Source of the DNA: Eubacteriales bacterium
GTDB taxonomy: Bacteria > Bacillota > Clostridia > Oscillospirales > CAG-272
NCBI GenBank assembly: GCA_045612185.1
Contig: JAZKYO010000045.1
Span: 18,389 to 82,388 of the forward strand
Direction of reading: 5' to 3'
Length of the DNA stretch: 64,000 bases
Shown here: piece by piece, positions 17,458 to 26,084 of the stretch
How positions within the stretch are numbered: the stretch's first letter is position 1
Layout: each line of letters begins with the position of its first letter
Notes under the pieces: model-generated
What the model saw: only the letters and a program-made list of their open reading frames with translations
Database searches by the model: none
Told to the model about the DNA's origin: nothing
Translations under genes and position numbers: made by a program

Positions 17458-17500
17458 GAAAGCCTCCTTTAAAAGATAAATGTTAAATTGGAATTTGGCG

Positions 17501-17783
17501 GTTAGCCTAAGTAGACTTGAACCGATAAGCCCGACGTCTATAAATTTTCGTGTCTTTGGGCGTCACTCGCCTTGAAAAGTCCGCACTTGTCTGCGGCTCA
17601 CGTCACCCAAATCCATCAAAAATTTATTAGACGGTGGGTGCACGCAGTTTATATCGAGCAAATATTTAGGATAGGCGAGATAAATTTTCGTAGCAATATG
17701 GGGATATTGCAAGGAAATTTACCGAAGCATATACAAATATTTGCCGATATAAACCTTATTGGTTCAAGTCCACTTAGGCTAGC
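17501..17783. mobile_element. MITE-like element with 29-bp terminal inverted repeats
   Basis: GTTAGCCTAAGTAGACTTGAACCGATAAG (17501-17529) matches the reverse complement of 17755-17783 (GCTAGCCTAAGTGGACTTGAACCAATAAG) at 26 of 29 positions. The 225-bp interior has no credible gene. It sits in the IclR-GH divergent intergenic region. Confidence 0.5.
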
Positions 17784-17903
17784 TTGCACTTGAAAATGTC
17801 GAGCGAAAGCTTCCCGTCTGAGGGAGCCTTAATTGCGAGTTTGCAAGTGGTTAGATAAAGCTCGATCTTCCTTATTATACCACTTTTATTCTTCCGGGTC
17901 AAT

Positions 17904-17920
17904 ATTTCACAATGTGAAAT
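17904..17920. promoter_or_regulatory. Perfect 17-bp palindrome, candidate operator (IclR or CRP/FNR-type)
   Basis: ATTTCACA-A-TGTGAAAT (8+1+8, perfect) lies immediately upstream of the -35 of the 17985 operon promoter. Confidence 0.4.
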
Positions 17921-17923
17921 TTG

Positions 17924-17952
17924 TAGACAAATTGATTTGGGGATGATATAAT
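17924..17952 (+). promoter_or_regulatory. Promoter of the GH113-like/UxuA-like/GH2 operon
   Basis: TAGACA (17924-17929), 17-nt spacer, TGaTATAAT (TATAAT 17947-17952). Confidence 0.45.
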
Positions 17953-17984
17953 GGTGAAGAACGAGCAGAATAGAGGAGGAACAA

Positions 17985-19034
17985 ATGGACAAAAACGTAT
18001 TTTCGGAGCGACACATGGGCGTGACCTTTGGTTTCTATGCCCAAAATGGATATTTTTCATCTCAAGAGGCGCGGGACGAGGTGGATGCCATTGCGGCGGC
18101 TGGCGCCAATTGGGTGGTTCTGGTGGTAACTGTCATGCAAGAGGATGCCCACGGCACGAGACAGTTCCGTGATTTTGTCAATACCCCCAATGATCTGGAG
18201 CTGAAGGAGATTATTGATTATATACACAGCAAGGGGATTCATGTTCAGCTTCGTCCTATGCTGGAGTGTTTTGACGGTGAGGGGCGTCTCAGTATCAATT
18301 TTCTTCGTGACCGCGAGCGTATACCGGGGCACAAGTATGACCGCTGTTCCCGCTGGTTTGAGAGTATGACGGCTCGCTCGGTCTATTACGCGCGCATTGC
18401 CGAGATGACGGGCTGTGAGATGTATTGCCTTGATAGCGAGCTGGACCGTATTATCCGTTTCAATGATCAATGGAAAGATGTCATTCGACACGTGCGTCAG
18501 GTGTATTCAGGTGCGGTTACCTCTTGCCATACCATCCACACGGGTGTAATTGATTTTGAGAAAGAACTGGAGAACAAGGATCATTGGTTTTACCATCTGG
18601 ATGCGCTTTCCATCAGTGATTATATTAAGGCGGCAGATGTCGGCGGTTGTTCTGTCGAAGAAATGTCCGAATATATGAAGGGCGAGCGGGACAGGCTTCG
18701 TCGTATTGCTGAGATGTATGGCAAGCCCATACTCTTTGGTGAGATTGGATGCACCGCAGTACAGGGTGCGGCGTGCAATCCTTCCTCCTGGAGCATTGTA
18801 AGAGCTATCGACGAGGATGAGCAGGCCAACTATTTGGAAGCGGTCATGCGAACCTTTGCCGATGAGCCTTGGTGGTACGGTATGTATTGGTGGAAATGGG
18901 AGGAGCATGTTGACCGCCCGTGGAAGATCGATCCTGCCGTGGGCGATTGTGGCTTTACGGTGCGCGGCAAGAAGGCCGAGGGCGTGATGAGAAAATGGTA
19001 CAAGGCACTTGGCGCAGGCGAAAAAATCAATTGA
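17985..19034 (+). CDS. Clan GH-A TIM-barrel glycoside hydrolase, GH113-like (putative beta-mannanase-type)
   Basis: 349 aa. GVTFGFYAQNGYFSSQEARDEVDAIAAAGANWVVLVV...NDLELKEIIDYIHSKGIHVQLRPM; candidate acid/base in CLDSELD and nucleophile in ILFGEIGC. Confidence 0.5.
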   Translation: MDKNVFSERHMGVTFGFYAQNGYFSSQEARDEVDAIAAAGANWVVLVVTVMQEDAHGTRQFRDFVNTPNDLELKEIIDYIHSKGIHVQLRPMLECFDGEGRLSINFLRDRERIPGHKYDRCSRWFESMTARSVYYARIAEMTGCEMYCLDSELDRIIRFNDQWKDVIRHVRQVYSGAVTSCHTIHTGVIDFEKELENKDHWFYHLDALSISDYIKAADVGGCSVEEMSEYMKGERDRLRRIAEMYGKPILFGEIGCTAVQGAACNPSSWSIVRAIDEDEQANYLEAVMRTFADEPWWYGMYWWKWEEHVDRPWKIDPAVGDCGFTVRGKKAEGVMRKWYKALGAGEKIN

Positions 19035-19071
19035 TTTTTTCGGATAATGATATAAATCCAAGGAGAATAAT

Positions 19072-20019
19072 ATGATATTAACTGACTATTTACGTTCTGC
19101 CCCCGATATTACTTGGGATATTGCTCTTCAATCCGGAGTAAATCATGGCGTTATACGTCTGCCCGAGGACGATGCTTTTGATCCTACTGATCTTTCTCAG
19201 GTAAAAGCTGTCACCGACAGATTTTTGGCATGCGGCATTACTCCGCTTGTTGTTGAACCGCTTCCAAACGCTTTGCACGATCACATAAAAACGGGTGATG
19301 TGCTACGCGACGAGAGCATAGAGAAATTCATAAAGCTTATGGAAAATCTCAAAGAGACGACCGTCCACACGGTTTGCTTCAATTTTATGGCACACTACGG
19401 CTGGACAAGGACGGCTGCTGAGCTTCCCGAACGCGGCGGTGCAAAGGTTACGGGCTTTAAGCTTGAAAATTTTGAGGCTGACCCAACCGTAATTTCCGCC
19501 GAAAGTATGTGGAACAACTACGAATATTTCATCAAAGCCGTTATTCCGTACGCCGAAAAATACGGAATAAAGCTTGCGCTTCATCCCGATGATCCGCCGC
19601 TTCCAAAACTCGGAGGCGTCGCACGAATATTTACCTCTCTTGACGCAATAAAAAAAGGAATAAATACAGTCGAATCGCAAAATTTGGGCGTAACGTTTTG
19701 CCAAGCCTGCTACTATCTCATGGGCGAAGATCTCGAGCAAGCCGTAAAAGAGCTGGCAGACAAAATATTCTTTATTCATTTCAGAAACGTTCGCGGAAAT
19801 AAGCTTGATTTTTCAGAAACATTCCACGACAACGGCGAGCTTAATATGGCAAGACTTATGAAAATATATATGGAAAACGGAATCAACGTTCCTATCCGTG
19901 TTGACCATGTGCCGACCCTTGCGGGCGAAACTGTCGGACAGGCAGGATATGACGCGCTCGGACGTTTGTTTGCAATAGGGTATCTCAAGGGTATTATTGA
20001 GTCACTAGAGATCCGCTAA
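19072..20019 (+). CDS. uxuA: Mannonate dehydratase (UxuA) family protein, short form
   Basis: 315 aa. VVEPLPNALHDHIKTGD.LRDESIEKFIKLMENL...VCFNFMAHYGWTRT...LALHPDDPP are UxuA family hallmarks. Confidence 0.65.
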   Translation: MILTDYLRSAPDITWDIALQSGVNHGVIRLPEDDAFDPTDLSQVKAVTDRFLACGITPLVVEPLPNALHDHIKTGDVLRDESIEKFIKLMENLKETTVHTVCFNFMAHYGWTRTAAELPERGGAKVTGFKLENFEADPTVISAESMWNNYEYFIKAVIPYAEKYGIKLALHPDDPPLPKLGGVARIFTSLDAIKKGINTVESQNLGVTFCQACYYLMGEDLEQAVKELADKIFFIHFRNVRGNKLDFSETFHDNGELNMARLMKIYMENGINVPIRVDHVPTLAGETVGQAGYDALGRLFAIGYLKGIIESLEIR

Positions 20020-20032
20020 AGGAGAATTTATA

Positions 20033-22756
20033 ATGCAGCTTAATCAGCCTTACTACATTGAGAAAAGAAAAAATAACGCCCACCTTTCACTTGACGGCGA
20101 ATGGGAGTTTTGCTACACCGACACCGCGCAAGAGGAAATCGGAGCGCTTGACTTTAAGCACATCTCGAAAATTCCGTCAAGCGTATATTATTCGCTTTAT
20201 CACGCAGGAATACTTCCCGACCCGTATTACGGCACAAACAGCAAGCTATACCACTGGGTGGACGAAAAGGTTTGGTATTACAGAAAGCGCTTTAAGCTTA
20301 AACGCCCCGATTTTTTTGGAAACGCCTTTCTTTGCTTTGATGGAGTGGCGTATTATTCGAGAGTTTGGATAAACGGCACTTTGCTTGGCGACCACGAGGG
20401 AATGTTTGGCGGTCCTGCGTGCGATGTGCTTGAACATCTCAATCTTAACGGAGAAAACGAGATAACCGTTGAGGTTAAGGCGTGTAATTTTGGGAAAAAG
20501 AGCGAGCGTTACGCTTGGAACGTAAAAGGCGAAAACCGAGAGATAGTGCCTTGGAATATCGCCCGCGACCACTTTACAAGTAACAACGATTTTATCGTTG
20601 TGGGGCTTTGGAACAGCGTCCGTCTTGAGCTTGTGGAGAAGGTGCATATTTGCCGTCCGTATCTGTATACAGAGAGCATTGAAGGAGACGTTGCTCAGCT
20701 TAACTTTGAGGTTGAGATAGCCGATGGACAGGTTAAGGAGCTTTCGCCTTTTTCGGCGGCTACCGCCCCAAACGCCGATTACTGCCGAGCATTTGACACG
20801 GGGCTTACGGGGAGCGTCAAGAAATCCGCGGTGCGGATAGAAATAAAAATCTCCGACGGGGACGAGGTTGTCTACGATGAAGCCGAGGACGTACCGCTTT
20901 GCGACTTTGAAAAGCTTGGAATGGACGGCAGATTTTACGAGCTTCAGTTTTACCGCCGCAAAATAGAAATAAAAAATCCCAAGCTATGGTATCCCAACGG
21001 GCTTGGAGAACAGAATCTCTACGACGTTTCATTAAAGCTTGTGTGCGACGGAACCGTTTGCGACGAACACAGCTTCAAATTCGGTGTTCGCACTTTTACC
21101 GCTGACTATACCAAGGGTAACAAGTATCGCACGAGATGGGAAAAATTTCTTTTTTCGATAAACGGACGGGAGATATTCCTCAAAGGAATGAACTGGACTC
21201 CCATTGACTTTCTTTACGATATCACCCCCGACAGATACGAATGGTGTCTCACCATGGCTAAAAATGCGGGTATACAGCTAATACGTGTCTGGAATGGCGG
21301 TGGGATGCCCGAAACCGACAGATTTTACGAGCTTTGCGACAAGCTTGGACTGATGGTTTGGCAAGATTTGTTTGTAGCAAATATGAAAACGCCCAACTAT
21401 CCCCAAGACGTTTTGGAATCTCAGACCTCTTATAATCTCTACCGAATACGTAACCACTGCTCACTTGTGATTTTGTGCGGAGGAAACGAGTTTAACCCTT
21501 ACTCTCAAGGAAACGCGGCAAGTATGTTCGTAATGGACAGAACTGTCCGCACCCTTGCCCCCGACAGAATTTTTCACTATACTACGGCGGACAAGGGCAG
21601 TGCCCACGTTTATTTTGACATGGAGCCCGTGTGGTACAGACACAGATACAAGGAGCTTCCGTTTTTGGCTGAGTCGGGTATACACAGCTTCCCGAATTAC
21701 AAAAGCATTAAAAAGCTTATAAGCAAAAGCGAAGCAGAAGGCTTCCTTCCCGACCTTTCAAGCGAGGAGTTTGGAAAGAACTATCCCGAGCTTCTTAATC
21801 ATTTTTCGGAATACAAGCCCGACAGAGTACCCAGAATGACCGCGAGAATCTCGCAGATTACCGACATGAGAAACATAACCCTCGCTGAGCTTTGCGAAGC
21901 GTCTCACGTTCAGGTATACGAGTTTTACCAGACTATGATACAGGCAATGCGTGAGAACTATCCGCGTTGCGGCGGCGTTATGCCGTGGGTGTTCAAGCGT
22001 CCGTGGACCACGACTGCGATACAAACGGTTGACGGCAACGACCTGCCCACATACGCTTACTATGCGGTGCAAAACGCCTACCGCCCAATAAACGTATGTC
22101 TTTGCCAGGAATGGTCTGTTCTTGCACCGAACGAGGAAATTTCGTTACAGGTCAGGGTCTTTAATCAAAACGGTGCGGATTTGTCCGACACCGAAGTTGT
22201 TTTAACAGTTTACCGCCCCGATTTTGAGGTGTTTGCCGAATATACCGACTCATACAAAGAATCAATTAATTTCGGTAAAATCAAGCTTGACGGCAGTTTT
22301 ACAAATACTTGCTTTTTGATATGCGCCGACTTAAGAAAAAGCGGCAAATCGCTTGCGCGGTCGGTATATTTTAACAAATGCACGTCGCTCTTGCTTGACC
22401 CCAAGCTTTACCAAAGGTACAGAAGTCAGCCTACAGAAAACCTGCGGCTTGATGACGGTCCTTGGTTAAAGCCCTCAATAGCTTCGGCTAAAAAAGCCCT
22501 ACTCAAGGCAGAGCGCATCAACGTCGGAAATGACGGAACGTACGATTTTGCGGAAATTTCCATAACAAATCTTTCAGACATTCCCGCGTATCCCGTGACT
22601 GTTGACCTTGAAGACGATGAAAAGCGATTTTTCCTTGACGACAATTTCATTTTGCTTAAAGGCGGAGAGGAAAAGACCGTGCGTCTTACCTGTTACGAAA
22701 AAGGCATTGGAAATATACGAATCTCCCATTGGAACGGAAGTAACATAGTTATTTAA
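20033..22756 (+). CDS. GH2 family glycoside hydrolase, beta-mannosidase-like
   Basis: 907 aa. LCFDGVAYYSRVWINGTLLGDHEGMFGG (GH2 sugar-binding domain), LCGGNEF (acid/base N-E), FLAESGIHSFP (nucleophile region). Confidence 0.75.
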   Translation: MQLNQPYYIEKRKNNAHLSLDGEWEFCYTDTAQEEIGALDFKHISKIPSSVYYSLYHAGILPDPYYGTNSKLYHWVDEKVWYYRKRFKLKRPDFFGNAFLCFDGVAYYSRVWINGTLLGDHEGMFGGPACDVLEHLNLNGENEITVEVKACNFGKKSERYAWNVKGENREIVPWNIARDHFTSNNDFIVVGLWNSVRLELVEKVHICRPYLYTESIEGDVAQLNFEVEIADGQVKELSPFSAATAPNADYCRAFDTGLTGSVKKSAVRIEIKISDGDEVVYDEAEDVPLCDFEKLGMDGRFYELQFYRRKIEIKNPKLWYPNGLGEQNLYDVSLKLVCDGTVCDEHSFKFGVRTFTADYTKGNKYRTRWEKFLFSINGREIFLKGMNWTPIDFLYDITPDRYEWCLTMAKNAGIQLIRVWNGGGMPETDRFYELCDKLGLMVWQDLFVANMKTPNYPQDVLESQTSYNLYRIRNHCSLVILCGGNEFNPYSQGNAASMFVMDRTVRTLAPDRIFHYTTADKGSAHVYFDMEPVWYRHRYKELPFLAESGIHSFPNYKSIKKLISKSEAEGFLPDLSSEEFGKNYPELLNHFSEYKPDRVPRMTARISQITDMRNITLAELCEASHVQVYEFYQTMIQAMRENYPRCGGVMPWVFKRPWTTTAIQTVDGNDLPTYAYYAVQNAYRPINVCLCQEWSVLAPNEEISLQVRVFNQNGADLSDTEVVLTVYRPDFEVFAEYTDSYKESINFGKIKLDGSFTNTCFLICADLRKSGKSLARSVYFNKCTSLLLDPKLYQRYRSQPTENLRLDDGPWLKPSIASAKKALLKAERINVGNDGTYDFAEISITNLSDIPAYPVTVDLEDDEKRFFLDDNFILLKGGEEKTVRLTCYEKGIGNIRISHWNGSNIVI

Positions 22757-22759
22757 TGT

Positions 22760-22897
22760 TTTAATACTTCCAAAAGAAGAGCGACCTTGAGGTCGCTCTT
22801 CTCTTATGCCTTTTGGGACTCAAAATAGCCTCAAGTTATAGAACTTTCCACACCTTATTATATTAAAAAAGCCCATTCATGCGAATAGGCTTTTTTG
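22760..22897 (+). repeat. Modular intergenic repeat, copy F (terminator form 2, M, Z)
   Basis: Hairpin GAAGAGCGACC-TTGA-GGTCGCTCTTC (22776-22801); CTCAAAATAGCC; GAACTTTCCAC; A6-GCCCATTCATGCGAATAGGC-T6 (22865-22896). Confidence 0.75.
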
Positions 22898-23146
22898 TCA
22901 ATGAGTAACGGCCATAAGTTCGTTTTTGTCGTACGGTCTGTGCGATTCTAACAAGATTTTATATAGCAAAATAGACTTAAAAAGCATTCATAAGCGCTAT
23001 TGCGTAGCAGGGCGCGTAGCAAATGGAGCGAGGTTGCGTAGCAGAAATAACATTTTGGATTAATTGAAGATATGCGGTATGTGTGTGCATAACGCACAAT
23101 ACCAATAGGAGAAATTTGGATATTGCGCTAAAAAAACCCTTTTCTA

Positions 23147-23548
23147 TTGACTTTTATAGTGAATAGTGCTTTTGATACAGCAGAATCCGAATCTGACGAT
23201 ATTGAGCAAGCTATTCTCCGTTTGTACTGCAACTGGCTGAACACCGATCAAAAAGAAGTTAACAGCAGAGATATAAACATTTATGCTTGCGACGCAAGCT
23301 GGACTGATTCAGAATCATTTACTAAAGCGAACGCCCCAATGCTTTGTGGTAAGATTCTCGATGTCGAGACTACGGCTTTTAAATCTGCTTCTTGGATAGA
23401 GTTTGATGTTACCGAATACGTTAAGGCTCACAAAGGAGAGAAAATCTCATTTGCCATTTTAAATGAAGGTACTGTAACAGACGAAAATCATATTGAATTC
23501 TACTCAATGGAAAAAGCGGGCTATGTGCCTCAGCTTGTAATTTCTTAA
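23147..23548 (+). pseudogene. DNRLRE-type carbohydrate-binding domain fragment (no signal peptide, TTG start)
   Basis: INIYACDASWTDSESFTKANAP...WIEFDVTEYVKAHKGEKISFAIL parallels the second half of the DNRLRE domains in 23820..26075 and 55392..58706 (FDIYWVDENWDPDTVTWNTKPD...). The N-terminal half and export signal are missing. Confidence 0.4.
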
Positions 23549-23565
23549 TTTATAATAACTATTTA

Positions 23566-23598
23566 GGAGCCGAAGCTTTATTGCTTCGGCTCCTTTTT
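23566..23598 (+). terminator. Rho-independent terminator
   Basis: Perfect 11-bp stem GGAGCCGAAGC / GCTTCGGCTCC with loop TTTATT, followed by TTTTT. Confidence 0.75.
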
Positions 23599-23819
23599 GG
23601 GTAACCACATGCTTAATATATATTCCCGCAACGAGATGATATTGTATCTTTTGAATAGCCGACAAAGTTGGAGTGCTTTTTGCAAATGTCACATTTTTTC
23701 CTCTTGCGTTTAATTTCTCTCTTGACTGAAACACGTATCGGAGTTATAATATAATTGTATAAACAGTACATGTATAAATCTCATTTAAAATGTGTATTAC
23801 GAATATAAAGGAGAACATT

Positions 23820-26075
23820 ATGAAAAAAAGAATTGTTGCGTTTATACTGTTGACAGTTACGCTTGTTTCCTGTGCTTGTTCGGCGAATCCTGTGGACACC
23901 GATGGAAAAATTATTTCAAGCAATGACGTTAAGCTTGTAGCGACGGAAGAAGAAAATATAGTAACGCAAAATATTATTTGTACAGAAAAAATATCTCTTC
24001 GTGACGGTGAATGGGGAGATATGACGTGGCGCGAGATAATGGATAAGCGCACGGCGCTGGGACAAATAAAGTACGATTATATCGTGATAAAGAACGGACT
24101 TAACACCGAGCCTCGCGGCTTTAACCGTGTAGGACTCTTCAAATATGATATTTCGGGTCTATCCCTTGAAGATATAGGAACGGCGACCTTTAACGTCACT
24201 TTGTCTGATATAGATAAGTCGAAGGATATTCCGTTTGATATTTATTGGGTAGACGAAAACTGGGATCCCGATACGGTTACGTGGAACACCAAACCCGATT
24301 TTCTAATGGAAGAGCCTATAATCGATAATATGCTGACGGGCGACCTTAATAAGACGGATGCTACCGAGGCTCTTAAATTGTTTGTTGCCAGTGGCAAAAA
24401 GGAAGTATCGCTTATGATGGTTCAAACTGTTATGAGCGATGCCGAGTCGAGAATATGTTTTTTTAGATCTAACGAGCTTTCGTTTCCGTATTTTGCGGTA
24501 TACAAAGACCTTGTCGTGGGAGAAGGTGGATACGTTGAAAGACTTGTGAGCGATCCTCAAAAGAATCAGGCTATTTGGGACCACGCCAAAAAGATGTTTG
24601 ACGAGTGGTACGAAAGGTATACGGTTCTCAAAGCTGAGCCACTTAACGAAGCGTCGCTTATAGTTTCTGATGAGAGTCAATACAACAAGACGAGCTATTC
24701 ACCCGGTTACAATCCAAACGCCAAGGAGTGGAAAGCATATAAGACGAGAACCTTTGGTGATCTTACCGATATGTCCGAGTACGTGGACGTAAATTCCGAG
24801 CCGAAATTTGACAAGTACGGCGGTATTATGGACGATGCTTTGAGGCAGGAGGCTACAGGCTTTTATTACACCAAGAAGATCGGGGAGCGCTGGTGGATAA
24901 TCGACCCTCTCGGATATCCTTGTTACATAAGAGCCTTAAGCGGAATAACTTATTCTTATCAGGGGTCTCCCAAGCAGAGAGCCGCGGCAGAAAAGCTTTA
25001 CGGCAACAATGATAATTATGAAAAATGGGCAATAGCAACCACCAGAAGACTTAAGGACGACCTTTACTTTAATGCGGGCGCTACCCCTGCGGGGCAGATA
25101 AAAACCGTTGTTGACGGGCTTGCCTGGCAAGGCGGGTGGAGCTATATGAGCCAGTACGGCGTGACTAAAGGAATTAACAATTCAAAGGGCGGTGCAACTA
25201 CGTTTTCGGAAAAGAATACTATGCCCGTATTTGACCCCGAATTTGAAGTCTACTGCGACGAGATGGCGGCAACCAGAACGCTTGAGTGCTTAAACGACAG
25301 CAACTTTTTGGGTTATACTACCGATAACGAGCTTCCTACACAAGAGGATTTGATATACGACTATCTTACCGTTTCTCCGGCCAAAGAGGTAAATCTCTAT
25401 TCCTACGCCTGCGCGTGGTACTGGCTTGTGCAGATGACCGGTAAGGAAAATCCCACATTTGATGACATTGACGAGGAACTTGAACAGCTTTTCAAAGGAT
25501 TTGTTTGGGATAGATACTATAATGTAGTTTGCGGTGCCATAAGAAAATACGATCCCAATCATATGATACTTGGTACGCGTTTTATTACCGAAGCAAAGGA
25601 TGCGCCTTGGGCACTCAGGTTTGCCGGTGAATATCTTGATTGTATTACTATCAACTGGTATAACGCGTGGGAGCCAAGTGCCGAAAATATCTACAATTTT
25701 GCAATCTATGCCGATATTCCGTTTATGGTTACCGAATTTTACGCTAAAGCAGAGGAAAACGAGGACAACCTTGCCAACACATCGGGGGGCGGATTCTTTG
25801 TAAAAACACAGCAGGACAGAGCCGACCACTATCAATCGTTTACCTTAAGACTTCTTGAGGCAAAGAACTGCGTGGGTTGGCACTGGTTCCAATACAGCGA
25901 CAACGATCCTACGGGAAATCCCGCCGACCTTACCAGCTTAGACGCAAATAAGGGCGTTTATTCAAACACCCTTAAGGAATATACTGATTTGACCGACGAT
26001 ATGGCGGTTATAAATAAAAACGTTTACAGTATTATAAAATATTTCGACGCAAAGTATGATCAACAGAGCAATTGA
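23820..26075 (+). CDS. Lipoprotein: DNRLRE domain + clan GH-A glycoside hydrolase-like catalytic domain (GH50-like)
   Basis: Start MKKRIVAFILLTVTLVSCACSANP (lipobox LVSC) has an AAGGAGA RBS. The DNRLRE-type domain reads LFKYDISGL...FDIYWVDENWDPDTVTWNTKP. The C-terminal barrel has TDNELP (acid/base N-E), PFMVTEFY (nucleophile E) and GWHWFQYSDNDP. Paralog of 55392..58706. Confidence 0.6.
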   Translation: MKKRIVAFILLTVTLVSCACSANPVDTDGKIISSNDVKLVATEEENIVTQNIICTEKISLRDGEWGDMTWREIMDKRTALGQIKYDYIVIKNGLNTEPRGFNRVGLFKYDISGLSLEDIGTATFNVTLSDIDKSKDIPFDIYWVDENWDPDTVTWNTKPDFLMEEPIIDNMLTGDLNKTDATEALKLFVASGKKEVSLMMVQTVMSDAESRICFFRSNELSFPYFAVYKDLVVGEGGYVERLVSDPQKNQAIWDHAKKMFDEWYERYTVLKAEPLNEASLIVSDESQYNKTSYSPGYNPNAKEWKAYKTRTFGDLTDMSEYVDVNSEPKFDKYGGIMDDALRQEATGFYYTKKIGERWWIIDPLGYPCYIRALSGITYSYQGSPKQRAAAEKLYGNNDNYEKWAIATTRRLKDDLYFNAGATPAGQIKTVVDGLAWQGGWSYMSQYGVTKGINNSKGGATTFSEKNTMPVFDPEFEVYCDEMAATRTLECLNDSNFLGYTTDNELPTQEDLIYDYLTVSPAKEVNLYSYACAWYWLVQMTGKENPTFDDIDEELEQLFKGFVWDRYYNVVCGAIRKYDPNHMILGTRFITEAKDAPWALRFAGEYLDCITINWYNAWEPSAENIYNFAIYADIPFMVTEFYAKAEENEDNLANTSGGGFFVKTQQDRADHYQSFTLRLLEAKNCVGWHWFQYSDNDPTGNPADLTSLDANKGVYSNTLKEYTDLTDDMAVINKNVYSIIKYFDAKYDQQSN

Positions 26076-26084
26076 GGTTAGTTT

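Noticed and set aside
17572-17793. 73-aa ORF inside the MITE-like element as a possible transposase or toxin
   Set aside because: It has no RBS, runs across the right inverted repeat, and has no recognisable motif. It is too small for a transposase.
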